From the NCBI RefSeq assembly GCF_009914755.1, contig NC_060927.1: a DNA stretch of 64,000 nt. The stretch is one strand, 5' to 3'. How positions within the stretch are numbered: the stretch's first letter is position 1; each line of letters opens with the position of its first letter. The notes under the pieces are model-generated. The model saw only the letters and a program-made list of their open reading frames with translations, was not told the origin of the DNA and ran no database searches. Source of the stretch: the human T2T-CHM13v2.0 reference genome, Homo sapiens. Below, piece after piece: positions 1-16,170 of the stretch. The translations under genes were made by a program, and so were the position numbers.

Positions 1-160
1 AGATCTACTCTCACCACAAAAATTTATGAGATGATGGATATGTTAATTAGCTTGATTTCATCATTTAGCAATGTATACATATATCAAAACATCACTTTTT
101 ACCCTGTAAATATACACAAGTTTTATTTGTCAACTATACCTTAATAAAGGTGGGGTGAAA
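1..160 (+). mobile_element. L1 (L1MA/MB-type) 3' end fragment
   Basis: Typical L1M 3'UTR tail 'gatggatatgttaattagcttgatt...tgtcaactataccttaataaag'. Confidence 0.7.
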
Positions 161-2249
161 ATGCATATTCCTGAAACCCATCATGGGCCTACTCAAACAG
201 AGTATCTGAGGAGGAGGCAGGGCTACCCGAGCAGCAGCGCAGGTTGTACACTGCACACCTTGCACAAAGGTATACAGTTAGCGAAGATTTGAGCTTGAAG
301 TTTGCCTTTTAAAGAAATTGCATATGTGAATCTTGGTTATAGTAGAACTTTAAGTGTTCTAGAGCAGTTGTTCTTCAACTTTATGTGCATCAGAATTACC
401 TGTCTTGGGGTTGAAAACACAAATTTCTTTGTGCCATGCTTGAACTACCTAATTAGAAACCTGAGCATCTGTATTTTCAAGGAACTACTTAGCCAACTCT
501 GCCACCTACCAAAATGTGACAGCCATTTTTCTAGACTAAAAATGGTATAGCTGTCTACAAGAAATCAGCTCAACAAAAGCTGAAGACAACACACACACGG
601 CTTAGGATACTCAGGCATCATTTGGACAGAGTCTATTCAACAGCTATAAATTTGTTGTTTAAAATAGCCAATGTTTTTTAAAATGCAACTTTCCATAGTT
701 TTCTGTTGTTATATTTGTTTTCATTCTGTCAGTATGGTATTGGATCTCAACCTTGTATGTTATTTCACCAACATCTTGAAATTTATTTAGCCATATTTTC
801 ATGGTTTTATATGAATGCTTACTAAACATAGTCTGATTTTTTAAAAGGTTTTATCTTATGCAAGATTCTTCAAGAGAAAAGACAAACTTAGTTTACTGTC
901 AAATTACCAAACTGACTCAGATTTTTAAAAACCATTCGAAGTTTCATGTTATGCACTTAACATAAAAAAATGACTCAATGTAAATGTCATGTCTCGTAAT
1001 GATCCTATTCCTGGGATCTTTCACATGAAACAGAGTGGGCAGGAACATTCTATGGCTGCCAAAATGGAATTAAACACATGGAAACAAAGAAACAAAAGCA
1101 CAACTCACCCCTTCCAGACAACAGGAAAACATGTAGATAAATCAGTGATTTTCCTTCCAGCTAACCAATGAAGTAGAGACATGTATTTTAACAATTGTAA
1201 GGGCACTGGGCTTAAGGAAAGGCAAAGTAAAAACTAGGTTATAATGTTGTTCTAGATGCGAAAATGCCAAATCTGCCAGTCACTCATGAAAAGAACACAG
1301 CCCCAGGCAACTGATATTGATACATTCAAAGATTATAGTTATGTATGATTACAGAATAGCATTTCATAAACTCTATCAGACAGAACAACTCTTTAATGGA
1401 ATGTTAAGAGTTGGGAGAGAGAGAAAAGTTGGTCATTCTAAGGTCCAATTAATTTGAAAACTCATGAGTTATATAGAATTAAACAAATTTTTTTGACTGT
1501 GGAACTTCTCAGAGCCCTTCTGTACTAATGTGCATTACACCTCTCCAAGAAGAAAAAAGCATGCAGCATTTTTCAAACTTTTGATACTTTGATGCTTTTT
1601 TATTTAGCTTCTGACTGGGCTAGAGTTCTCTGGGACACACCCAGGGAAATATTGATACAGACAGGTCAAACAATTAAGGCAAATGCTCAGGCATATACCT
1701 GAACTGTGGTAGAACAATCTAGATGCCACAGAAATGGTGAAGGCATGCCCAACAGCCAGCCCCACTGTATCAAGTCCCTTAGCCTCTCTCCATTGGCCTT
1801 AGCTCTGAAAGAAAGATGATGCTTATTAGTAAAGTGCCTTGGGATGGTTGGGCAAGAAACACTAAATAAGAACAAATTATTACCCTCATTACAGGGTAGA
1901 TGATCTAATAAACCATCTCTATTACTTACAAAGTTTGGAGGCCTGCTATTTTTTTCCTTTTAACTACACTCCAATTGGACCTTAAAAATCTATGCTAAAA
2001 ATAACTTATAGGAAATATCCCAAAACCATACCATAAACTTTCTTATCGGACCTCTGTCTGTTTGCACATTCTCAATGACTGCCAATCACCTACAGGTAAA
2101 TCCAAATTTCTTAGCCTGCTGTATAACTCTCCATCTTTCAGGAGCTGTAGAGTTTATGATTAAGATCATGGTCTTTGTAGGGAGACAGACAAGGTTCACA
2201 TGCAGGCTCCACTCTACTACATCTGAAGTTATTTCTCTTCTCTAAGCCC

Positions 2250-2396
2250 TAGATTATCAAAGTATGGTCCATGAACTGGCAGCGTCAGCAGCATTTGGGG
2301 CTTCCTAGAAGGGCAGAAATTCAGGCTCCATTGAAAACCTACTGAATCAGAATCTACATTTCAACAAGAGCCTCACACTGTAGTTTGAGAAGAACT
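2250..2396. mobile_element. MER5A (hAT-Charlie MITE)
   Basis: 'tcaaagtatggtcc...cctactgaatcagaatctacatttcaacaag...tttgagaa' matches MER5A pattern. Confidence 0.65.
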
Positions 2397-2539
2397 ACAC
2401 AAATTCTCATACGCTTTGACCAGCTCCTCTGCAAATTGGAGGTAATAATAGTAAACTTGGAGATGGCATTCATCCTCTACTCCTTTGAATCCATCCTCAA
2501 GTCCTAAGGTCCACGCAAATATCCTTACCTGTCTCTTTC

Positions 2540-3088
2540 CCTTCATTACCTTAGTCCAAGCTGTTCTCATTTCTCTCCAGATCTCCTGCAATGGCCACTC
2601 AACTCATTACAATGCATCTCCTCTTGCTTCCTTCTATTCTGTTTCACTTACTGCAACCAGAGAGATCTCCCAGGAAAAGCAAATGTGATCAGAGCTTCCA
2701 TGAGCTCTCAAAATAAAGGCCAAAAGCCTTTCACAGAACTACAACCTCTGTTGAGGGGGTCGCTTCCCACCTCTATATCTTATCTTGCATGATGCTCCAC
2801 CTGGTTTCCTCTGCTCCAGAAGCACTGGTAAATTCTTTTTTCCACTCCTTGAACTAGCCATCCTCCTTCCCGATACAGAATATTTGCAAAACCATCCTCC
2901 TGGTCATCAGTGCCTTCCCCTCAACTCTTTACCTGGTTAACTCCTTCTCAATCTTTAGATGTCAGCTCAAATGTCATCTCCCCTGAAAGCTTTCCCTGAA
3001 CCTCCTACCCAGCAGCCAAACACACTGCCTGACCTGTTGCCTGTGCCCCATAAATATTTGTTGAATAAATGAAGGAATTAATGAATGT
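2540..3088 (+). mobile_element. L2 3' region
   Basis: 'gtcagctcaaatgtcatctcc' and terminal 'taaatatttgttgaataaatgaa'. Confidence 0.65.
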
Positions 3089-3234
3089 TCATTCATATGG
3101 TTATTGTGACAATCAAATGGATTGAAACCTGTAAATCATTTAGCACAGTGCCTGGTAGAGAGCAAGAGCTTACTTAATGCAGTACCAATGGTAATATATT
3201 TTGAATATTAGTCTTGCTAAAAACTAGACCCCAA

Positions 3235-3406
3235 GCAGTACTTAACAGGGGCTAACAATTAGAATCACCTGGGAAATGTTACACTTCTCAATGTCCAGGC
3301 TCTGCTGCAGACCAATTAAGTCAGAATCTCTAGGTGGTGGGACCCATGCACCTGAGGATTTTAAAACTCTACAGGAGATTCTAACGTACAGCCAAAGTGT
3401 GACTGC
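3235..3406. mobile_element. MER5A
   Basis: 'ttagaatcacctgggaa...agaccaattaagtcagaatctctagg...gattctaacgtacagccaaag'. Confidence 0.65.
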
Positions 3407-5167
3407 TTTACTCGTTGTCTCACTGTGGTCTCCCAGCCTTCCAGAGAATAGCATACTGGGCGTCAAGAAGAGTCCTCATTAATCATGGCATGAGTCTGTG
3501 GCCCACAGAAAGGGGCAATAATATGAATACATGTAGTAAAAATCTAGCAATTCATTTCCCCTGGCTCCTTGACAGCAGCCAGATGGTGGAAACTCTCCAT
3601 CTATTACCCAAGCCAGAAGAAAACCTTTCTGGGAAAATCCAAGTTGCCTGAACTACTGTTGGGAGGAAGTATGGTAACACGTGAAGATGACTCTGGTCCT
3701 TTGGGTTAAGTGATGACTTAACAAAATTCATCAGGATTCCATTATAAATCTGTCATAATTGTTTTGTTGAAGCAATTGCTTTGTGGGAGCAATTAATTCC
3801 TACTGCTAAAAAAAAAGGTGAGAACTCCTGAGTGTTCCATCAGGCACCAAGAAATAGGTGAGCCGGGAAGCATTTGCCCTTACCTTCTGTCTTCTTCACT
3901 ACTCAAGTATTTGGAGTGTCAAGAGACCACACTGTACTTCAAAGGCCTCCTCTTCCAAATAACCAACCTTCTGCTATGTAAAAACATGATTAAGAACACA
4001 CATATTTGTACTGTATGTCTCACTCATTTTGAACTTTTCAAAATGTGATATTGCCAAAGAAGCTTTATCTCTTTTAAGGGTTTCACACACACACACATAC
4101 ACTGCCTTGGTTTGAAAAACAACATAGAATGCAGGCCTCATACAATTTGAGAACCATTTACAATTATAACCTACCAAGTCAGAGCTGATACCAAGCCAAC
4201 ACAAAGGCCTCAGAATTGTTATAAAAGGAACAGAATTGCTCTCTGGAAATAATATCCCAGTGGGCTAAATTCCCCCTCCCCCTGTTCCTCCAAGGTGGTA
4301 AATTGCAACAACAACAAAAAAGCATGATTCATGAATATAAATTTTTCTTGGCTTTTAAAATCATACACTGGCATAGTCCTCCCCGAACTTCAGCCAAATG
4401 AGAATACACAGATAATGACAATTTTACAATAAGTGGTTCCAGGACACAGGCTTTTCAAGATCCACAAATGAAAGGCACTATAAAAAAGAGTATTATTATT
4501 ATTATTATTTCAAGCACCCAGAAAAACCACAATCAATGATTAGCCATAACAATTAAACTAACAATAGTACATCTGGAATCAGCTCCATGGTAATATGTAC
4601 TTCATGCTTAATAGTTCAAATTAATTCAATCTGATGGTGTTAGACATACCAGTTAGGAGCTGGAGAGCACCAAAATTCACATTAGCTTCCACTTCAAAAG
4701 ATATTATGAAAAGAGAAGGAAGGAAATGAGGCTATAAACAGCAGTGGTAAATACGAAAGGCTCAGAGATGATATGGTCAGGAATAACTCTCAGCTATTAG
4801 GAATTCAGTGATGAAAATATGAAGGCTGATATTTCTATCCTTGCACATTCCTCCAGAGTCAATGACTGAGCCACCCATCTGAGCGACAGAACTGAAACCC
4901 TAAAATCAGGGCAATTATATTCAAAGAAGAGGGGGCCTTCTTCATTCTGCTTACAGCATCCTTTACTAGTAGCCCATTTATATTGCAGAATGCATGGAGA
5001 ATTTCTCATTTTCAGGTTATAGACTTCAAGTAATAAGAAAAGAGAGCAGGAGTTGGGGCAGGCATAAAAGGTGAGGTAGTTATTGCCTGATTACCTTATT
5101 TGTCTCACTCCTCCTTGAAGATTCACTAGATAACTGTCTTAAGCTGCACTATAAATATTCTCTAAGG

Positions 5168-5382
5168 CAGGATTTCTCAACCTTGGCACTGTAGACACTT
5201 TGGCCTAGGTCATTCTTTGCTGTGAAGTGCTATCCTGTGCACTGTAGGATGTTTAGAAACATCCCTAGTCTCCACCTTGTAGATGCTAGTAGCATCCCCC
5301 ACCCCCAGTTGTGACAACAAAATGTCTTCAGACATGGCCGTATGTCCTCTTGGGGGAAAAATCATACTGGTTGAAAACTGTT
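5168..5382. mobile_element. MER20 (hAT-Charlie)
   Basis: 'caggatttctcaaccttggcactgtagacac...gtgcactgtaggatgtttag...gttgtgacaacaaaatgtcttcagaca...ggttgaaaactg'. Confidence 0.8.
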
Positions 5383-5392
5383 ACCTTAAATC

Positions 5393-5705
5393 TTTTTTTT
5401 TTTTTTTTTTTTTTTTAGATGGAGTCTTGCTCTGTTGACCAGGCTGGAATGCAGTGGAATGCAGTGGCGCGATCTCGGCTCATTGCCACCTCTGCTTCCA
5501 GGATTCAAATGATTCTCCTGCCTCAGCCTCCCAAGTAACTGAGATTACAGGCAGGAGCCGCCACATCCAGCGAATTTTTTGTAGTTTTAGTAGAGACTGG
5601 GTTTCACCACATTGGCGCTGGTCTCGAACTCCTGACCTCAAGTGATTTGCCCGCCTCGGCCTCCCAAAGTGCTGGGATTACAGGCATGAACCACCGTTCC
5701 TGGCC
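5393..5705 (-). mobile_element. AluS, full length
   Basis: T24 tail, both arms, diverged TSD taccttaaatct / tactttaagtct. Confidence 0.95.
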
Positions 5706-5932
5706 TACTTTAAGTCTTAATTCACTTGTTTCTGGGCATCGGGAGGAAAATCCAGAGGGCAGACTCCCCTCTAGACTCTTCTTCCTCAGAGATGAGCATG
5801 GATTGTATTGCCAGCTGTGTGCAAGGCAGCACTCTTCCCACGGCATGCTGAATCCTCCTCCTAACACCTTTTGCACATATAGGCTTGTTGCATATAATAC
5901 AGAAATTTGGAACCTGGCAGTCTTCTATTCAT

Positions 5933-6488
5933 TGTGCAGAAAAGAGTTAACACAGAGCAGGCTCGAGAAGGCCTATCCTTAGAAGGCCTGTTTGCAATGT
6001 TGGCCTTTGGTTAGCAGCTGGGAATTGGAGCTGGTAAACAGTTCCCTACACTAATATGACATTTTTCCTAAATTATAGAGTGGCCACTATGCCTCACCTG
6101 TTTGTACAAACAGTGTGGTTTATGCTGAACACCTGCTTTCCTTCTGGGAGTCTGGAATTTGGGTATGTGCTAGGCAGATCAGCTCCCAGCAGTAGCCTTG
6201 GGCACTGAGTCTCTAATGAGTGCCCTAGTAGGCAACACTTCAAACTTGTTGTCGCAGCTTGTTGCTTAAGGAACTAAGAGCATCCTGTGTGACTGCATTG
6301 GAAGAGGACTCTTGGACGCTTACTCCTGATTTCTCCAGACTGCACACCATGCACCTTTTCCCTATGTTGATTTTACTTTGTGTTCTTTCACTGTAGCAAA
6401 TCAGAACCAGAAGATAACAATGCTGAGTCCTAGGAGTCCTCCTAGAGATTTACAGAACCTTGCAAGTGGTCTTGGGGACCACCAATGC
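5933..6488 (+). mobile_element. solo LTR, MER68-like (ERVL)
   Basis: Starts 'tgtgcagaaaagagttaaca...ctatccttagaaggcctg', ends 'gtggtcttggggacc'. Confidence 0.75.
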
Positions 6489-6647
6489 AGGGACTCATTC
6501 AGCATTCTATTTGTGTGCCTCTATTTCTAGATACAGCAAAGACTTAAACTCCAAGTCCTCACAGAATTTATGTGGTAGCAGCGAGCAAAGCATTAATTCT
6601 AGCATATTTCAAGCTTCTTTCATAGAAAACAAGCCCTGTGGCATCTC

Positions 6648-8205
6648 TTTTTTGTTTTTATAACAGCTTTTTAGAGATATAATTCACATATCATACTGTT
6701 AATCAATCTAATGTGTACAATTCAAGATTTATATTCATAGAGTCGTGCAACCACGACCACAATCAATTTTAGGACATTTTCATCACCCCACAAAGAAACC
6801 CTATATCCATTTACAGTCACTACCCATTTTCTCCCAACCACCCAGCTAGGCAACCACTAGAGTTTCTGCCGCTATGGATTTACCTATTTTTGACACTTCA
6901 CAATTGGTCATATGATATGTGGTCTTTTGTGAGTGGCTTCTTTCACTTACCAAAATGTTTTCAAGGTTCCTCCATGATGTAACATGTATCAGCACTACAT
7001 TTATTTTTATTGCTGAATAATATTTCATTGCATGGATATACCACATTTCATTTATCCATTCATCAGTAAATGGAACTTTGTATTGTTTCTACTTTTTGGC
7101 TACTATGAATAGTGCTACTATGAACATTTGCATACAATTTTTTTATGCACATATGATTTCATTCCCCTTGAATAGCTACCTAAGTGTGGAATTTCTGGGT
7201 CATACATATGTTTAACTTTTAGGACATTTTCAAACTGTTTTCCAAAGTAGCTGCACCATTTACTTACCAATGGCAGTGTAACAGAGTTCTAATTTCTCCA
7301 CATCCTTGCTAATAGTTACTATTAACTGTCTGTTTTTTTTTTTTGTTTTTTTTTTTTTTGAGACAGCCTGTCACCCAGGCTGGAGTGCAGTGATGCAATC
7401 TTGACTCACTGCAACCACCACCTCCCAGGTTCAAGCAGTTCTGCTGCCTTAGCCTCATGAGTAGCTGGGATTACAGGCACGCCCCACCATGCCTGGCTAA
7501 TTTTTGTCATTTTAGTTGAGATGGGGTTTCACCATGTTGGCCAGGCTGGTCTCAAACTCCTGGCCTCAAGTGATCTTCCCGCCTCAGCCTCCCAAAGTGC
7601 TGGGATTACAGGCATGAGCCAACGCGCCCAAACTTATCTGTCTTTTTGCTAATAACCGTCTTAGTGGGTGTGATGTGGTATCTCGTAATGGTTTTGATTT
7701 GCACTTCCCTGATGGCTAATGATGTTGAGCATCTTTTCATGGGCTTATTAGCCATTTGCATATCTTCTTTGGAGAAATGTCTATTCAGACCTATTTGCCC
7801 CATTTTAACTGGGCTATTTGTCTTTTTATTATTGATTTGTAAGAATTCTTTTTATATTCATATTCTATCTCCAAGTTTCTTATCAGATATATGATTTGCA
7901 AAACACTTCTTCCATTTTGTGGGTTAGTTTTATTATTTCAATCATGTCCTTTAAAGCATAAAAGTTTTAATTTTTAGGATGTCCAATTTATCCATTTTTT
8001 TCTTGCATTACTGTGCTTTTGGCACCGTAGCTAAGAAACCATTGCCTAACACAAGGTCATGAAGATTTATCCCTATGGTTTTGTCTAATAATGTTATAGT
8101 TTTAGCTTTTCCATTTAGGACTTTGATACTTTAAGGTAATTTTTGTATACAGTGTGAGGTAGGGGGTCCAACTTTATTCTTTTGTGTGTGGATATCCAGT
8201 TGTCT
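6648..8205 (-). mobile_element. L1MB-type 3' portion (ORF2 end + 3'UTR), interrupted by an Alu
   Basis: ORF 7606-7803 resembles L1 ORF2 C-terminus (LNRHFSKEDMQMANKPMKRCSTSLAIREVQIKT); L1MB 3'UTR motifs. Confidence 0.9.
7333..7633 (-). mobile_element. AluS inserted in L1
   Basis: T-rich tail, both arms, approximate TSD ttaactgtct / ttatctgtct. Confidence 0.95.
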
Positions 8206-8439
8206 ATGGCATCTTTTGCATCACTCCAAGACATAGTTTCAGGTAATTTTTGTCTATACAAATTAAGGTAACAGGTACCAAAACACAGAACCTATGTATG
8301 TGACAAACTGCCTGAAAGCCTTTATAAAAACTTTTGCAATTGGTGTTCTTTTTTTCTATTTTCAGAATATGCTCAGTATTTTGCTATATCAGGAAGCAGT
8401 ACCACCATTATTACCACTGGTGCTACTGCTGCTAATAAT

Positions 8440-8655
8440 AATAGTAACTAGCAGATATTTTGTACTTAGTATGTGCCAGACGCTACACTTGCATTTAACA
8501 TTCATTAACTTTTAAGCACTACACATGCTTTAACTTACATGATCTTCCTGCCAACACCACGAGATAGGTAGAATCATTATCTTCATTTTACAGATGATGA
8601 TATTAAGGCTTACTGATGTAAAAAAATTTTCCTTAGGTCATAGAACAAGCAGGAA
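8440..8655 (-). mobile_element. MIR
   Basis: Core 'attatcttcattttacagatgatgatattaaggct'. Confidence 0.6.
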
Positions 8656-9334
8656 AACCGATTTAAAAAAATTGAGGGAAGGAATGGCACTGGAAAGTGG
8701 AGGTCAAGTAATGTCGGATAGCAAATTCTAACAAACAGTAGCTAAGCACGTATGCAAAATATACAAAAATAAACAAGCCAAAATCTAGCACTGGTAGATG
8801 ACATTCCCAGTTCTGATCAAGTTGCTGACAACAAAGGATTGGTCTCCCCTTCTAACTCAACAAAGGGTAGGAAATCTTATCACTCAAGATATCAATCAAG
8901 ATTTATTTGATCGCTGAAAGGGTTTTGTCAACACTCCAAAAATTGTATTAGTGACTAGATGATTGATGGAATAAGTCAATTAGAACCAGATTAGAAATCG
9001 AGATATGAAGTCAATTACTTCCAATCGGAAAATTAGGAATCATTAAACAATAATATAATAGATGGCATCAATTTTCAAAACTACCCTTCGTATGTTTGTC
9101 TATAGGGCAAAATTCAAGTAAAAAATAACTTTGAAAAGACTAAAACTATAGAGCAACTTGATCTTGGGAGTGTTTTCCCAGATGGGTAGTGGGCTGAGTC
9201 TGATCAGTTTTCAGTGGAGAAAATGTAGACGAGATAAGCAGTTGATGTTCCCAAATTCAAATAACTTTATGGCAGAAAAGTCAGTCAAGTTTAATTCTCT
9301 TTCCCTATACTAGCTGTGTCCTTAATGATAAATA

Positions 9335-9545
9335 CAATAATAATAGCTGACATGTATTGAGTCTTACATTATATAGCTCTCTAGGTACCTAAAAGATGAC
9401 AACTAATTTATTTAAACCAAGGCATATGAAGTAAGTACTATTATTATTCCCATTTTATATAAGAGGAAAAGGATGTGTAAAGTGCTAATTGACCTGCTTA
9501 AGAGGTAGAGTGAGACCTTGAACCCTGTAGTCTATGTTTGTCCTC
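9335..9545 (-). mobile_element. MIR
   Basis: Core 'tattattattcccattttatataagaggaaa'. Confidence 0.55.
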
Positions 9546-9890
9546 CTAATAGTGTCTCTATATGGTTTCAGAATAGAAGCAAATAGACACATAAGGGTTA
9601 AGCATGGCTAACCTAACTCCAAGTTGAGTCTTTTTACACTAGGCAATGCTGTCTTCAATATATTTATAATAACTTTATACACCAAATAACATTTTGAAGT
9701 TTATTTCCTCCCAATACAGAAACATCACTGCATTTCCACTGGGATTTTCAGTACTGTCTGTTGTGGAACTGATCTGGGCTTAGTGAGTATTGCTTTATCA
9801 TTCTTAAATAAAAACCATTATAGAGAATGCAGAAAACAATTTCCCTTTCAGTTTGCCCACTTCTACCCATACCGAGAAAGACGGATCCTT

Positions 9891-9935
9891 AAAGCTCAGA
9901 ATGTAATAAAAGCTCACAATATAATAAAAGCTCAG
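9891..9935 (+). repeat. 18-bp tandem repeat x2.5 (aaagctcasaatrtaata)
   Basis: Units at 9891, 9909, 9927 read directly. Confidence 0.85.
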
Positions 9936-10406
9936 TATCAGAAATGTTCCAAGTCCCTCCACTCTTTCTCTATAGTTAGGAAACTAAAATTTAATATAGG
10001 GCACAACGCTCCAGAGAATTCAGTGTATCGAAATGTTAATACACTTTTATATATTTTAACTGAGATAAACAAGAAAGAGATAGGGAAGCCAGAGCAGCTA
10101 TGGCAAAGACATAATTATGATAAGACTAATCCAGCTAACAGCAATAGAAGCAGATAGTGACTCCACTGTGATGCTGTGGTAGAGTTTGTATGGTCAGAAA
10201 ACTATATCAGTATACAATGTTAATGACGCAGGAGCCCCATTATAGGAAAGCAAAGATAACTTACTATGTGACTCTATAAAGTAAAGTTCATCCAAAAGAT
10301 CAAAGAGCATTTGTCCTATTACTAAAATATTATCCAAATGTATTTTATCAATTAAAACTTGGATAAAATCATTTGCTTCATTGAACAGTAATTTAAAAGG
10401 AGCATA

Positions 10407-10795
<389 letters not shown>

Positions 10796-11228
10796 TTAAA
10801 ATGCAGGACATAATGTAAAAATTCTTCTACCAGCTCTAAATTCGTGGTTGTGCTATCAACTATGTCACATTTCTCAGTGTTGACCACAAAAATACCATGA
10901 GATACATACACATTGCTGAAATACACTATTTCTCAAACTCAACTTTATCTTCTACTCCAATAACCCTGTCAAAAGGAAAACTAGTCTGGTTACTTCATTT
11001 CTGGCAGATCCACATTAACTCCTTTCTTTTAATGCTCATTAATCTTTCTGTTAACAATACTTCTGACCCTCAATACCCACCCTTTCAGACAGGTCAAAAC
11101 TAAATTCTTCAGTTTACCATTTAAGCCTTTCCTTCAAGTTTTTGCAGGTAAAATGAGATAAAAACAGACGTTTGTATTCCAGCCAGATTGAAATTTTCTA
11201 CTACCCTCTTTGCTCTTCCCATTAAATT

Positions 11229-13420
<2,192 letters not shown>

Positions 13421-13519
13421 TTGCTAATCCTAGGAAAAACGCAAACTCAAATGCCTTTTGTGCTGGGAGGTACTGTAAATAAATGAACAGAGAAGTCTAG
13501 TGTTAAGAAAAATAAGACA

Positions 13520-13888
<369 letters not shown>

Positions 13889-13899
13889 TCATCAAAGAA

Positions 13900-14600
13900 T
13901 GTTACCAGCAGTGAATCCATATGGGTCTGCAGCAACCTCAGTTCTTACCTCTTCAGAAGAAAGAGTTCAACCAAGGGGCATAAGGCAGAAGGAGACACCA
14001 AAGCAAGTTTTAGAGCAGGAGTGAAAGTTTATTAGAAAGCTTTAGAGCTGGAATGAAAGGAAGTAAAGTACACTTGGAGGAGGGCCAAGTGGGTGACTTG
14101 AGAGATCGAGTGCATGGTTTGACCTTTTGACTTGGGGTTTCATATATTGGCATACTTCCAGGGTCTTGCCTCCCTTCTCCCCTGAGTCTTCCCATGGAGT
14201 GGGCTGTTCACGTGCTGGGTGGCCTGCATGCACAGTGTGTTTACTGCAGTGGTATGCATACCCACTTGAGGCATGCTTCCCTTACCTATCAAGCGTCCCT
14301 ATAAGGTCATACACCAGTTAAACTCCACCATTTTGCCTCTTAGTGCACATACTTGATCCCACGCACCCACCTCCTGAGATCTTATTAGGAAGCTGCTGAT
14401 CACCGGTTTTAGGTTTCTTCTGTCTGTTGGGAGACTATTGTTCCCTGGTGCCAGCTGCAACCAATTATTATTTGAGAGAACCATCTTAACAACTGCCTGA
14501 CCATCACCTGATGGTCGCCTGACATTCCTGGTGGGATGTGGGGTGTCCCTTTACTGCCCCAACTCATATCTGACTAGCTGACTAGCTACCTACTGTAACA
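13900..14600 (-). mobile_element. solo LTR, MER50-like (ERV1)
   Basis: TG...CA termini; minus strand starts 'tgttacagtaggtagctagtcag'; AATAAA (minus) near 14028-14033. Confidence 0.8.
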
Positions 14601-14616
14601 ATTACACTTGATTGCA

Positions 14617-15362
14617 TTTTTTTGTTGTTATTTAATTTTTATTTCATAATCATAAACTTAACTCTGCAATCCAGCTAGGGAACAAGGAAAACATGGAACC
14701 CAAAGGGAATTGCAGCGACAATACAAAGATTCTAGGATACTGCGAGCAAATGGGGTGGAGGGGTAGTCTCCTGAGCTACAGAAGGAATGGTCTGGTGGTT
14801 AAGAGAAAACACAAGTCAAACTTAGTAGAGCTGTCCACAGTCAGCAATGGTGATCTTCTTGCTGGCCTTATCATTCCTGGACCCAAAGTGTTCCATGGCC
14901 TCCACGATATTCATGCCTTCACCATGCCAAAGACCACATGCTTGCCATCCAACCACTGAGTCTTGGCAGGGCACATGAAAAACTGGGAACCATTTGTGTT
15001 GGGTCCAGCATTTGCCATGGGCAAGATGCCAGTACCTCTATGCTTCAGGATGAAGTTCTCCTCATCAAATTTCTACCTGTAGATGGACTTGCCACCAGTG
15101 CCATATGGCATGTGAAGTCACCACCCTGACATATAAACCCTGTAATAATTCTGTGAAAGCAGGAACCCTCACACCCAAATCCTTTCTTTCCAGCGCTCAG
15201 AGCACGAAAGTTTTCTGCTGTCTTTGGAACCTCGTCTGCAAACAGCTCGAAGGAGACGCGGCCCAAGGGCTCCGTGTCAATGGCAATGTGGAAGTACACG
15301 GTGGGGTTGACCATGGCTGATAGTAGGGTGCTCCCGGCAGTGGCAGCGTCTGCAAAGACTGC
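14617..15362 (-). pseudogene. PPIA: PPIA (cyclophilin A) processed pseudogene
   Basis: Intronless. ATG at 15314 ([40 protein letters not shown]...QGGDFT), 1-bp deletion after 'TCH', further small deletion near KVKEG, TAA at 14822-14824. PPIA 5' and 3' UTRs present, AATAAA at 14638-14643 (minus), short A tail. Confidence 0.95.
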
Positions 15363-15662
<300 letters not shown>

Positions 15663-15869
15663 TGATTGCATATGAAATGCACTATTTCCCCATCCTATCT
15701 CACCCCCATCTTTTTTTAACAAAGACTTCTGAAAATGTATTTTTCATCTTTCAAACTTTGCTGGACAAGTTTTTATGAATAGTCTCAACAGTGCAAGCAT
15801 GATGCTAGAGAGCAATTAACCTTTGACTTCAGTGTTGGGAGACTGCAGGGAGAGGTGAAGACTGCGACA

Positions 15870-16108
15870 AACCACTCGTGTATCATGGCAATCGCTACTC
15901 CCTCTCAGCCATTTCTTGCCAACTAGGAATTCAGGCAGAATGTTGTCAGATCTTTCAGTTATTACAGAAAAGTAAGAAAACCTGCATTTTATGTGAAACT
16001 TCCAGATTTTCTAGTATTTTCTAATTTTTGCTTGAAATCTTTTATTGTTCCAATATATTTTATTTCTATATTCCTGTGTAGCACACATCTGGTTTTTTAT
16101 TTGTGTGG

Positions 16109-16139
<31 letters not shown>

Positions 16140-16170
16140 AGGCCAGTGAGCTGACAGATCGAGACCTCTG
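15870..16170. mobile_element. MER102-like hAT element
   Basis: 'aatgttgtcagatctttcag...cattttatgtgaaacttccagatttt'. Confidence 0.55.

Noticed and set aside
14693-15320. Plus-strand ORFs over the PPIA copy
   Set aside because: Antisense shadows of the PPIA coding sequence.
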